A DNA stretch of 64,000 nt from Polaromonas sp. Its GTDB lineage: Bacteria; Pseudomonadota; Gammaproteobacteria; Burkholderiales; Burkholderiaceae_C. Below, in pieces: positions 17,803 through 26,808 of the stretch (position 1 is its first letter; each line of letters starts with the position of its first letter). The translations under genes were made by a program, and so were the position numbers. The notes under the pieces are model-generated. The model saw only the letters and a program-made list of their open reading frames with translations, had not been told where the DNA came from and did not search any database. The stretch lies in assembly GCA_031414215.1 (NCBI GenBank), contig JANNVB010000049.1, forward strand, positions 14,862-78,861. Reading direction: 5' to 3'.

Positions 17803-18390
17803 TCAAAAGTCGTCAGACGCGATATCAGTTGTTTTACCGGCTTCCGCCGCTTTGATACTGGCAATCGTTTTAGCATTTGCTTGGGAGGCCTTGCTTGGCA
17901 TACTTCCATTTTCAGCCACCGGTATCTGTTGCTGGGTTGGAACTGTAGTCATGAGCTTGCGAAGCTTTGAAACGGAGATGACTCTTTGGCCGTTCTTCTG
18001 CATTTCGCCACAGTTTGACCAAACGAGGCTCCCTGGGCCATTGAAAACCTCAGTAACGTGACCGTCCTTGTCAAGCTGCAAGACGATCAGTTGCTCAGGT
18101 TCAGCGCGAAGACCAACAGATTTGCCTTGTGTTGCCTTGATTTCAACCTGCTTGCCGTTTGGCGCTAGCGCGTCATGAGAAGGACTTGAAGCGCGGTTCA
18201 GGGTGAGGTTGTAACGATACGCCGCCAACACTTCACCGATGCTTCCCACGAGGTGACCGTCTGGTGTGAACGAGCGACCAGGAAAAAGCGCTTCAAATTC
18301 ACCTACAAGTGCATACAGCCTGCATACGAGTTCCGGGACATATTCCGCAGCGTGGGATTCGGTCTTGTTCATGAAGTCAAGTGTATGCAT
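17803..18390 (-). CDS. hypothetical protein with a PD-(D/E)xK-like nuclease motif set
   Basis: 195 aa. Ordered motifs GSIGE ... SHDAL ... VEIKAT (E / D / ExK) and a low-complexity Q/A/S tail. ATG 18390 or 18372. G+C about 54% in sampled lines. Confidence 0.4.
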   Translation of the reverse strand: MHTLDFMNKTESHAAEYVPELVCRLYALVGEFEALFPGRSFTPDGHLVGSIGEVLAAYRYNLTLNRASSPSHDALAPNGKQVEIKATQGKSVGLRAEPEQLIVLQLDKDGHVTEVFNGPGSLVWSNCGEMQKNGQRVISVSKLRKLMTTVPTQQQIPVAENGSMPSKASQANAKTIASIKAAEAGKTTDIASDDF

Positions 18391-18517
18391 TCGTCCGCCG
18401 AAATGACTTTCGTCTTTTGAGTGTGCGGACGCAAAATGGACTAATTAGTGCTGTTAGCGCTTTGCGAAGACCTTTATAAGATTAAAACTGCTGACAAGAC
18501 TGTGTTCACCCATTTCT

Positions 18518-18578
18518 ACCCATCATTTAGCCCTCCGACCCAATAAATACATGCGCAAGTAGCTCCTTAATTTATAGC
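18518..18578 (-). repeat. Family-A repeat, right-arm copy
   Basis: acccatcatttagccctccgaCCCAATAAATACATGCGCAAGTAGCtccttaatttatagc. Confidence 0.8.
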
Positions 18579-18680
18579 ATTTTTTATGCGACAACACGAC
18601 CGCAACACAGACTACAGCAAATGGCATAAATTTCTAATTGGTTTAAAATACCATTTTTAAAGAGAAAAACAGGTTTAACC

Positions 18681-18926
18681 ATGAAATCCACTTCTAGCCT
18701 GTCAAATGGCAGAGCCATAATCCCAGCCGCTTTGCGCCATGAACTCCAGCTTGAGGAAGGCGACCAGTTGCTTTGGAGTGTGCGCAATGGCGAATTGGTG
18801 GCAACAACGCAGCGCGCAAAGTTGCGAAATGCGCAAAGTCTCTTCCAAGCCAGTCTTGCTGCTAACAGCCCCTCTCTAGCTGATGAACTGATTGCAGAGC
18901 GTCGCGCAGAAGCCGCGCAGCGATGA
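18681..18926 (+). CDS. vapB: AbrB/SpoVT-fold antitoxin (VapB-type)
   Basis: 81 aa. SNGRAIIPAALRHELQLEEGDQLLW. 4-nt overlap with the PIN gene. Confidence 0.75.
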   Translation: MKSTSSLSNGRAIIPAALRHELQLEEGDQLLWSVRNGELVATTQRAKLRNAQSLFQASLAANSPSLADELIAERRAEAAQR

Positions 18927-19333
18927 AGACTGTCACGGTGCTGGATGCTTCTGCCATCTTGGCTTTTTTGCAGGGTGAACCGGGGCAAGATCTCGTTTTA
19001 GCTGCGCTGCAAACGCGGCGCTGCGTCGTTAGCGCGGCCAATCAGGCTGAAATCATTACCAAGTCGCTTGACCGTGGGCTGGCTGAGGAAACCATTACCG
19101 CCATACTTGCTGAGCTGAACTACACGTCAGTCGATATTCCTGTTGCAGATGGTGAGCAAGCTGGGCGAATGCGCAGCTTGAGTCGAAGCGCCGGGCTAAG
19201 CCTGGCAGATCGGCTTTGCCTGGCGCTGGCTTGCCGACTGAAGGCCAGAGTTTTGACAGCGGATCGCGCATGGCTGCAAGTGGCTGATGCTTTGAAGCTT
19301 GATATTGTGCTGATCCGGGGCGAGATGCACTAA
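18923..19333 (+). CDS. vapC: PIN-domain ribonuclease toxin (VapC-type)
   Basis: 136 aa. Acidic quartet context VLDASAILAF ... NQAEI ... SLADRLCLALA ... VLTADR. Confidence 0.8.
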   Translation: MKTVTVLDASAILAFLQGEPGQDLVLAALQTRRCVVSAANQAEIITKSLDRGLAEETITAILAELNYTSVDIPVADGEQAGRMRSLSRSAGLSLADRLCLALACRLKARVLTADRAWLQVADALKLDIVLIRGEMH

Positions 19334-19366
19334 AGCCTATTTCGGGTCTGTTTTCAAGCCTTTTTC

Positions 19367-19430
19367 ACCCATCATTTAGCCCTGCAGCCCAATAAATACG
19401 GGCGCAAGCAGCTACTTTTTTAATAGTAGC
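19367..19430 (-). repeat. Family-A repeat, right-arm copy
   Basis: acccatcatttagccctgcagCCCAATAAATACGGGCGCAAGCAGCtacttttttaatagtagc. Same orientation as 18518-18578. Confidence 0.85.
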
Positions 19431-19452
19431 TGCCCGCCAGATGACCAGCCCC

Positions 19453-21810
19453 TCAGGGCTTGCTCAACACCAGGGTTGGCGCAATTCGCTGCCGCTCCAC
19501 ATCTTCTGGGTGAAAAGGCAATTGCGGCCAGCGCTTTTCAGAATACATGCGCAACTGGTCGGTCTGGTGTGGTGAGCCTGGGTTGGTGCTTTGGCCGTAA
19601 ACCAGCAGCGCTTGGGCCACGGGGCCGCGCTCATCAAACGTCACGGTTTGAACGTAGCTGGTGCCGTAGTCAATGCGGATACCGGCGCTGCTGATGCCTG
19701 GCCGGCCACGGTCGCCGACGTTGTTGAGCACGCCTTCAGTATCGTCACCACCATGCAGAGGGATGTTGTCGTTGGAGAACACCACGCGCTGTACCTGGCC
19801 CAGCGGTGCATCGAGGGCAAAGCCTGAATCGCGCAATTTTTTAACCGCGCCAGCCAGGGCGTCCCATACGCGGGTGGCGGTGGCAGCGTCGGTCATGCGC
19901 AGGCCTGCTGGCGTGGCGACTGGGCGGGCTTTGTCAAAGGGCTCACGGTAGACGTTGGGAATAGCGTTGGCGGTGCGCCAAAACTCGCGGAACAGCGGCG
20001 CGCCTTTGGCATCGACATTGCTGCGCATGCCGCCATCGTGAAAGGTTTTAAGCGCAGCGCAGCCATCTTTGGCCTCGGCGCTCGGTGCTTGGGCGCAGGC
20101 GGCCAGCAAGTCGGGCAGCACCATGCGGGCCAGCAGGTTGCGGTTGTCGAACAATTGGTTCTGTATGCCTGCAAATGTGACCTTGCCCTTGGTCAGCATC
20201 TCGGGGATTTCAATCAAACCAGAGCGGGTGCGTGAGCGGCGAACCACGTCGTCGCCGACCATGACGGACACCGGACCCCACTTCTGATCAGGCTGGGTGT
20301 AGAAAAAACTGTCGTTGCTGTTGTGCAGCCAGTCTTGCCGCACCACGACGGGCATGCGCGCTGGCGCTATCAGGCCGGGTACGGGCGAGGCGCTGTCGCG
20401 CTTCCAGTTGCAGTCGCTGCGTGAGCCGTCTAGCACCACCAGATTGGCCGCGCCCAGCAAGGCCGCAGCGGGGCGGCTGGGGGCGCAGCGTTGAATGTCT
20501 GCCAGTTCAAGGTCAGGCACACCGCTGACGTCGGCATACATCGCATCGCCTGCGCGGTCAGCGGCGATGGTGTTGACAAACGGTGTACCCAGCCCATTCA
20601 TGGCGCTGCGCAAGTCACCCACGTTGCGGGCTTTGGCAAACTGGATGTACATGTCGGTTGAGCGCACGCTGCCGGCGTTGGCGTCTTGAATGGCGTAGGC
20701 GCGTTCGGCTGTCCAGGCCAGGCCAGCGCGCGGCATGACCAGAATCGGGCCAAATCGGCTGGTCCAGATGGTTTGTTCACGCCCACCCACCGTCACTTTT
20801 TTGGCGACCATCGGCTCTTCTTTGCCGTCGATGATGTAAGTGGTGGGCTTGCCAGCGGCCAGGGTCAGCTCGTGCAGGGTAAAGCGCTTGCCGGTAGACA
20901 CGGTGTGCGACCAAGCCACGTCTTTGTTAAAGCCAAGCTGTACAGCGGCTGTCCAGCCCAGGGCTGCGCCCATCACGTCCATCTGGCCGGGAATCGTCAA
21001 ACGCATTTGGTAAAAGCGGCTGGGGCCCACCCATGGGTAGTGGGGGTTGCCCAGTAACATGCCGCTGCCATTGGCCGTGGTCTGCTTGCCGAAAGCCCAG
21101 GCGTTGGAGCCAAGGGGCGAGTCGAGCAAACCTGCTTCTCGCAGTTGCTCGCGGGCACCCTGAGCGTAGGCCAGCAAGTCGCCCTGTACGGCTGGATGTG
21201 CTGCTGCTTTTACAGGCGGCGCAGCAGCCGCAATCGCGTCAGCCAAAGCGCCAGCACCCGCCTGTACGTTGATGGCTTCTGTTGCACGGTAAATGTCAAG
21301 CAGCGTCATGGGCTGCACCCAGGGCTTGCCATTGCATTCGGCAGGCAGCTTGCCAGCGTTGTCTTGCAAGTAGCGGTTAAAGCCCGCCACATAGCCTTTG
21401 GCCATCGCTCGGTTGTTGGCGCTGGACGCGTCCCAGCTGGCCTGCAGCTTGGCGTCATTCATGTGGGACTGCACAAACGCGTCAATGACAGCATTGGGCA
21501 AAGTACGCACCCCCAGCACGCCGGTGGCTGTAGCGCCAAAGTGCTGCGACCGCTGGCCACGCACTGTGGCCATCACGTCAAAGCTCAGGCACACGTTGTC
21601 TTGTGCATGGGCATAGGCGGTGCCGTAAGCCAGCATCTCCATGTTGGACGCGGTGATGTGCGGAATGCCGTGTGTGGTGCGGATGATGCGAACACTCTCG
21701 CCAGCGGGTGCAAAGGCGTTACCTTGCGGCATGCTGGTGCAGGCAGCAAGCGCCAGCACGGCAGTGGCCAGGGCGATGAAATGAAGTCCGGTGCCCGGGG
21801 AAGGTTTCAC
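19453..21810 (-). CDS. Ntn-hydrolase acylase (penicillin/AHL acylase family), lipoprotein
   Basis: 785 aa. GTG start with AGGAG 7 nt upstream. Signal LALAAC. Autoprocessing/nucleophile site ...SPLGSNAWAFG..., as in PvdQ/QuiP-type acylases. Confidence 0.85.
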   Translation of the reverse strand: MKPSPGTGLHFIALATAVLALAACTSMPQGNAFAPAGESVRIIRTTHGIPHITASNMEMLAYGTAYAHAQDNVCLSFDVMATVRGQRSQHFGATATGVLGVRTLPNAVIDAFVQSHMNDAKLQASWDASSANNRAMAKGYVAGFNRYLQDNAGKLPAECNGKPWVQPMTLLDIYRATEAINVQAGAGALADAIAAAAPPVKAAAHPAVQGDLLAYAQGAREQLREAGLLDSPLGSNAWAFGKQTTANGSGMLLGNPHYPWVGPSRFYQMRLTIPGQMDVMGAALGWTAAVQLGFNKDVAWSHTVSTGKRFTLHELTLAAGKPTTYIIDGKEEPMVAKKVTVGGREQTIWTSRFGPILVMPRAGLAWTAERAYAIQDANAGSVRSTDMYIQFAKARNVGDLRSAMNGLGTPFVNTIAADRAGDAMYADVSGVPDLELADIQRCAPSRPAAALLGAANLVVLDGSRSDCNWKRDSASPVPGLIAPARMPVVVRQDWLHNSNDSFFYTQPDQKWGPVSVMVGDDVVRRSRTRSGLIEIPEMLTKGKVTFAGIQNQLFDNRNLLARMVLPDLLAACAQAPSAEAKDGCAALKTFHDGGMRSNVDAKGAPLFREFWRTANAIPNVYREPFDKARPVATPAGLRMTDAATATRVWDALAGAVKKLRDSGFALDAPLGQVQRVVFSNDNIPLHGGDDTEGVLNNVGDRGRPGISSAGIRIDYGTSYVQTVTFDERGPVAQALLVYGQSTNPGSPHQTDQLRMYSEKRWPQLPFHPEDVERQRIAPTLVLSKP

Positions 21811-21907
21811 GTTGTGCTCCTAGTTATTCTTAAAACAGCATGCTAAAAGTCTCAGTCTGTATTGTCAAATGCATAATTAACAATAGTTCAATCGCTTTTT
21901 TGTATAT

Positions 21908-22831
21908 ATGAACGCCACTATTGCCCAGCTAAGGCACTTTATTGCACTTGCAGAAAGCGGCAGCTTTACGCGCGCAGCAGACCACACGCGCCGATCACAG
22001 GCGGCATTTAGTCGCAGCATTTCAGTGCTTGAATCCACCTTGGGCGGTGAACTGGTCGAGCGGGTTGGGCGCGGTAACAAGCTCACCCTCATGGGCCGCA
22101 TGGTGCTGGCACATGCCCGTCAGGTCGTTGCCCAGGTCGATGAGTTGCACCAGGTAGCGCTGCACCATGTCAGTGGCCATGCGGGACAAATCCGTATTGG
22201 CCTGGGACCCACGCCGTCAACGTTGCTCTCGCAGCCGCTTTTGCATTTTGCGCGCACTTACCCCGCTGGCATGCGGATCCGGATAACAAGGGGCCCGAGG
22301 GAGCAACAACTGCTGGCCTTGCGCAACCGACAGGTCGATGCACTGGTCACTGACTTGCGGTCGATCCCGCTTGCCGATAGCGATCTTGTGGTGAAAGAAG
22401 TGGCCGAAATGCCTCTTGGTGCTGTCTGTCATTCAGCGCATCCACTGACGCAAAAACTGAAACCCAACTTACCCGACTTACTGACATATCCCATCGCGAG
22501 TACAGCCATGACAGATCTGTTTGCGAAACAACTGGTAGCGCGCTTTGGCCCTACCGTCCATCCCGATGTCAGTGTGTCATTAGAGTCGGAAGACTTGCCT
22601 GAACTTTTGCAAGCTGTATGCGACAGCAACGCCGTGTACATAGGTGTTTTAGCGCCAGCACGCTCGTTGATACAGCAAGGCCAACTGGTGGTGCTTCCCT
22701 TTGCATCTGAAGGACTGACCTCGCGTATCGCGTGGGTACAACGCAAAGAACACGCGCCAAACCCTGCGCTGGACGAAATAAGGACTCTTGTTTGTGCGGA
22801 GCTTGTAGTTCAGGCGAATTTCATTGAGTAG
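21908..22831 (+). CDS. LysR-family transcriptional regulator
   Basis: N-terminal HTH MNATIAQLRHFIALAESGSFTRAADHTRRSQAAFSRSISVLE. Divergent from the acylase gene. Confidence 0.85.
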   Translation: MNATIAQLRHFIALAESGSFTRAADHTRRSQAAFSRSISVLESTLGGELVERVGRGNKLTLMGRMVLAHARQVVAQVDELHQVALHHVSGHAGQIRIGLGPTPSTLLSQPLLHFARTYPAGMRIRITRGPREQQLLALRNRQVDALVTDLRSIPLADSDLVVKEVAEMPLGAVCHSAHPLTQKLKPNLPDLLTYPIASTAMTDLFAKQLVARFGPTVHPDVSVSLESEDLPELLQAVCDSNAVYIGVLAPARSLIQQGQLVVLPFASEGLTSRIAWVQRKEHAPNPALDEIRTLVCAELVVQANFIE

Positions 22832-22881
22832 ACGCAAACAGATGTGGATCTGATTTCTTATTCGTTTTGACAATTAGTTCC

Positions 22882-23082
22882 GCTATTTTTTTAATAGCTG
22901 CTTACCCAAGCAAACAGGCGTTTCTGGCTATTTTTCTTTGCTAAATCGCCCTCTTTTTTAGCTTTCCAACAGTTTTTCACGTTTGTTAGCAGCTTGTTTT
23001 GCACATCTTATATGCGCTTTTATGTATTTTTTAGTGCTGCAGACCAATAAATACGGGCGCAAGCAGCTAATATTTTGATAGC
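22882..23082. mobile_element. Family-A repeat, full-length ~200-bp MITE-like copy with inverted ends
   Basis: Left end gctatttttttaatagcTGCTTACCCAAGC (degenerate core). Right end CCAATAAATACGGGCGCAAGCAGCtaatattttgatagc. AT-rich interior, no ORF. Confidence 0.75.
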
Positions 23083-23133
23083 AATCATAGATAACTTTGA
23101 GGCTAGTTCAAACCCAACAAGCAACATGCCAGC

Positions 23134-23165
23134 CAAAAAAAGCCACCTCACGGTGGCTTTTTATC
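23134..23165. terminator. bidirectional rho-independent terminator
   Basis: aaaaaaa-GCCACC-tcac-GGTGGC-ttttt. Serves the minus-strand binding-protein gene that ends at 23190. Confidence 0.7.
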
Positions 23166-23189
23166 GGGGTTTATTTAACCGGGGTCAAA

Positions 23190-24332
23190 TTAACGCACCA
23201 CAGCAATTGCGTCACGCTTGCCGGCCTTGTAGGTGTACAAGGTCAAAGCGCCGTTCTTGATGTCGCCTTTTTCGTCAAAAGCGATGGTACCGGTCACGCC
23301 TTTGTAGCCGTCGGTTTTAGCGAGGACTGGCAGGTATTTTGCTGGCTCTGAAGAACCTGCTTTGACCATGGCAGCGACCATCACATTGAGGGCGTCATAC
23401 ACGTAAGGTGCATAGACTTGCACGTCAGCATTGAACTTCTTCTTGAAGTCAGCGTTGAACTTGTCCAAGCCAGCTTTTTGAGCGCCTTCTACACCACCAG
23501 CTTCAGCGCACACCACTTGGCCGTCAGCCATGGCCGGACCGGCCAGTTTGGCCAGCTCGCTGGAGCAGATGCCGTCACCGCCCATGAACTTGGCGTCGAT
23601 ACCCAGGTTCTTCATCTGGCGCAGCATCGGGCCAGCAACAGCGTCCATGCCGCCGAAGAAAATCACGTCTGGTTTCTTGCCTTTGAGGGTCGTCAAGATA
23701 GGCATGAAGTCAGTTGCTTTGTCGGTCGTGAACTCTTGGCCCACAATGTTGCCACCGGCTTTCTTAACGGCCTTGACAAACTCTTCAGCAACGCCCTGAC
23801 CGTAAGCGGTACGGTCATCAATCACGGCAATTGACTTGCCCTTGAGGGTGGACACAGCATAACGGCCCAACGTGCCGCCCAGGTGAACGTCGTCAGCCAC
23901 CACGCGGAAGGTGGTTTTGTAGCCAGCGCGGGTAAATGCTGGGTTGGTAGCTGATGGGGAAATTTGTGGAATACCAGCGGCGCTGTAAATTTTTGAAGCA
24001 GGGATCGAAGTACCTGAGTTCAGGTGACCGATCACGCCTGAAACCTTCATGTCAGCCAGCTTTTGTGCAACTGCCGTGCCCTGCTTTGGGTCACCAGCGT
24101 CGTCTTCAAGCACCAGCTCGAGCTTGACCTTTTTGCCGCCGATCATCACGCCCTTGGCGTTCAGTTCTTCGACAGCCATCTTGGCGCCGTTTTCGTTGTC
24201 TTTACCAAGGTGAGCAATGCTGCCAGAGATCGGGCCAACGTGGCCGATCTTCACAACCATGTCTTGGGCATAGGAAAAGCCTGCAAAAGAAGCTACGGCT
24301 GCGAGCACTGTCAATTTGAATTTCATCTGCAT
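23190..24332 (-). CDS. branched-chain amino acid ABC transporter substrate-binding protein (LivJ/K-like)
   Basis: Signal MQMKFKLTVLAAVASFAGFSYA, then ...VKIGHVGPISGSIAHLGKDNENGAKMAVEELN..., the type-I periplasmic binding fold. Confidence 0.85.
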   Translation of the reverse strand: MQMKFKLTVLAAVASFAGFSYAQDMVVKIGHVGPISGSIAHLGKDNENGAKMAVEELNAKGVMIGGKKVKLELVLEDDAGDPKQGTAVAQKLADMKVSGVIGHLNSGTSIPASKIYSAAGIPQISPSATNPAFTRAGYKTTFRVVADDVHLGGTLGRYAVSTLKGKSIAVIDDRTAYGQGVAEEFVKAVKKAGGNIVGQEFTTDKATDFMPILTTLKGKKPDVIFFGGMDAVAGPMLRQMKNLGIDAKFMGGDGICSSELAKLAGPAMADGQVVCAEAGGVEGAQKAGLDKFNADFKKKFNADVQVYAPYVYDALNVMVAAMVKAGSSEPAKYLPVLAKTDGYKGVTGTIAFDEKGDIKNGALTLYTYKAGKRDAIAVVR

Positions 24333-24490
24333 AAAAGACTCCGGTTAAAAAAATAAAAAAAGGTTAAGAACAATTTTTTGTCCTAGCCCGTGAGATTAAC
24401 GCAATTTTCAAGCCTGAACCATAGCAACGCCCCTCGGTTTCCCTAGGTTTACAGGGTTCATCAAAATAAAAGATGGGACAGTAGCCGCTC

Positions 24491-24805
24491 TTATTGATTG
24501 CGCTGCGGCAGCTCTTGCGCGACAGCCTGGCTGACCGATTCCCGCACCACCAGCTCAATTTCTTCACGCAGGCGTGGCCCCAAGGTTTGCGTGTGAGACA
24601 GGATCACTTGTGCAACTGCCTCACGCAACCGCCTTTCCAGTACCAGGTCAACCCGCTGCATCACACGATGCACGATTTGATCTTCAAGCTGGACTACGTT
24701 TTGTTGCACATGGGCTTCGGGCGCTTTTGTACTGAAATGGTCGGCCTGAGGCACGACATTGGTCAGTGTGGGTACATACCGGGGCGGCAGGTTTGTGTTG
24801 TTCAT
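24491..24805 (-). CDS. hypothetical protein (translationally coupled to holC)
   Basis: 104-aa ORF with an ATGA overlap with the holC stop. No recognisable domain. Confidence 0.4.
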   Translation of the reverse strand: MNNTNLPPRYVPTLTNVVPQADHFSTKAPEAHVQQNVVQLEDQIVHRVMQRVDLVLERRLREAVAQVILSHTQTLGPRLREEIELVVRESVSQAVAQELPQRNQ

Positions 24806-25248
24806 GCGGCCTGCGTTACTGGTTGTGATTCATGCCGCTTCAATGAGTAACCCCGATCCCGGTAATGCTTCCATCTGTCTCTGGCAGCAAGTCGGTCAGC
24901 CTCCAAACTCGATGCGACTTCAATAAAACGCTCGAAACGCTCGAAACCAACAGGCACATGCTGTCCCAAATTGATCAACACACTGCCTGCACTGATGGAT
25001 GGGCATGTGTCCAGTTGATCGGCAAGCCATATTGGTGTGGCCGCAAGCTTTGGAGCGAGCGAGTTGCTTCGGCAATGTGGCAAAAACTCTGTGGCTGAAA
25101 AACTCCACAGCCATTGGTCAACTTGCAGTAGCAGTTCTGGCTCAGCCGTGACGACAGCCCTAGCCCCGCTGCGATAGGCCTTGCGCAGCAAGCGGCAGCT
25201 GTAGTGCAGCTTGTCGGGCACATTCACATGAAACTCGATGTCGGTCAT
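24802..25248 (-). CDS. holC: DNA polymerase III subunit chi
   Basis: MTDIEFHVNVPDKLHYSCRLLRKAYRSGARAVV... is a typical chi N-terminus. Conserved pepA-holC order with an ATGA overlap. Confidence 0.8.
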   Translation of the reverse strand: MTDIEFHVNVPDKLHYSCRLLRKAYRSGARAVVTAEPELLLQVDQWLWSFSATEFLPHCRSNSLAPKLAATPIWLADQLDTCPSISAGSVLINLGQHVPVGFERFERFIEVASSLEADRLAARDRWKHYRDRGYSLKRHESQPVTQAA

Positions 25249-26747
25249 GCCGAACGAACGCGCTTTTTAGCCGCCGTTTGGCCAGTGGCTGACGGGGCAA
25301 CGACTTGGCCCAGCAAATAGTCCACCAGCAGTGCCACGGGCCTGCCAGTTGCACCTTTGGCAGCGCCGCTTTTCCAAGCCGTGCCAGCTATGTCCAAGTG
25401 AGCCCAGGCAAATTTAGTGGTGAAGCGTTGCAAAAATTTGGCGGCTGTGACTGCTCCACCTGCTCGCCCGGCCACGTTGGCAATATCTGCAAAATTGGTT
25501 TTAAGGCCTTCAGCGTAGTCGTCGTCCAGCGGCATGCGCCAGCACAAATCCATGGACGAATCACCCGCATCCAGCAAGGCCTTGGCAAGGCCATCGTTGC
25601 TGGCAAACAAGCCGCTGCGTACGCCCCCAAGAGCAATCACGCAAGCGCCCGTGAGTGTGGCAATATCTATCACGGCTCGCGGCTTGAAGCGCTCGGCATA
25701 GGTCAGCGCATCGCACAGGACCAAGCGCCCTTCGGCATCGGTGTTCAAAATTTCAATGGTTTGGCCGCTCATGCTGGTCACCACATCGCCAGGCTTGATG
25801 GCGCGGCCATCGGGCATGTTCTCGCAAGCAGGTATCAAACCCATCACGTTGATGGCGGGCTGCAAATCAGCCAGCGCCCTGAAGACACCCAGCACGCTGG
25901 CCGCCCCGCACATGTCAAACTTCATCTCGTCCATTTCCGGCGCTGGCTTGATGGAGATGCCGCCTGTGTCAAAGGTAATGCCCTTACCCACCAGCACAAT
26001 CGGCGCCTGGGTTTTAGCGGCGCCGTCGTAGCGCAGCACGATAAAACGCAGCGGTTCGCTCGACCCTTGCGCCACCGCCATGAATGAGCCCATGCCCAGC
26101 TTGGCGACTTCTTTGGGGCCGAGCACATCGACCTTAATATTGGGCAGCTTGCCCAGCGCATTGGCTGCGCCTGCCAGCAATACCGGGGTGGCGTGATTGG
26201 CTGGCCGGTTGGCCCACTCCTTGGCCAACGCAATGCCCTTGACCAGTGCCAAGCCTTTTTCAAAACCGGGTTTGACTTTCGCTGCGCTAGGGACAGCCAG
26301 CGCTACTTGCGCCAGCTTGACAGGTATGGGTTTTGACTTGGTCGTGGCATAGGCATAAGCCGCGTCGCCACACGCCACCACGGCAGTGCGCACCAGGTCG
26401 TCTGAAGGTTCTTCAAACGCGCACAAGCTCAACACAACACGCGTGACGTTGCTGCTTTTGAGCGCATTGATCGCTGCCACCACAGCTAAACGCACATTTT
26501 TGGCGCTGCCGTCGCCGCAGCCCACCAAAACCAGCCGGGTAGCAGCCAAACCCGCAGAGCGATAGCTGCTGATCAATTTGCCGGGCTTGGTTTCCAGGTC
26601 GCCTGACTTGATGGCCAACGCGATGAGCTTTGAGACTGGGTCTGCACTGTTGGATGTCGACAAGTCTTGCGGCACGAGGACGACCAAGGCATCGCATTTT
26701 TCAGCAGAAAGCCGGGTACGGGTCAATGTTTTAAGTTCAAAGTCCAT
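25245..26747 (-). CDS. pepA: leucyl aminopeptidase (M17)
   Basis: ...VGKGITFDTGGISIKP...NTDAEGRLVLCDALTYA... M17 signature. ATG 26747 (MDFELKTL). Confidence 0.9.
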   Translation of the reverse strand: MDFELKTLTRTRLSAEKCDALVVLVPQDLSTSNSADPVSKLIALAIKSGDLETKPGKLISSYRSAGLAATRLVLVGCGDGSAKNVRLAVVAAINALKSSNVTRVVLSLCAFEEPSDDLVRTAVVACGDAAYAYATTKSKPIPVKLAQVALAVPSAAKVKPGFEKGLALVKGIALAKEWANRPANHATPVLLAGAANALGKLPNIKVDVLGPKEVAKLGMGSFMAVAQGSSEPLRFIVLRYDGAAKTQAPIVLVGKGITFDTGGISIKPAPEMDEMKFDMCGAASVLGVFRALADLQPAINVMGLIPACENMPDGRAIKPGDVVTSMSGQTIEILNTDAEGRLVLCDALTYAERFKPRAVIDIATLTGACVIALGGVRSGLFASNDGLAKALLDAGDSSMDLCWRMPLDDDYAEGLKTNFADIANVAGRAGGAVTAAKFLQRFTTKFAWAHLDIAGTAWKSGAAKGATGRPVALLVDYLLGQVVAPSATGQTAAKKRVRSA

Positions 26748-26808
26748 AATCAAAGGTCTGACCAATCAAGAATAAATAAAATCTAGGCAAAAGGGCGCTG
26801 TTGAGCTG

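Noticed and set aside
18584-18988. 134-aa minus-strand ORF across the vapB region
   Set aside because: It is antisense to a well-formed vapBC pair with a coupled start and stop, and it has no motifs.
17721-19452. Classical tRNA-Ser-integrated genomic island
   Set aside because: I found no integrase and no direct repeat of the tRNA 3' end (…GAATCCCGCCTCTTCCGCCA) downstream by eye. I treat it only as a small accessory islet.
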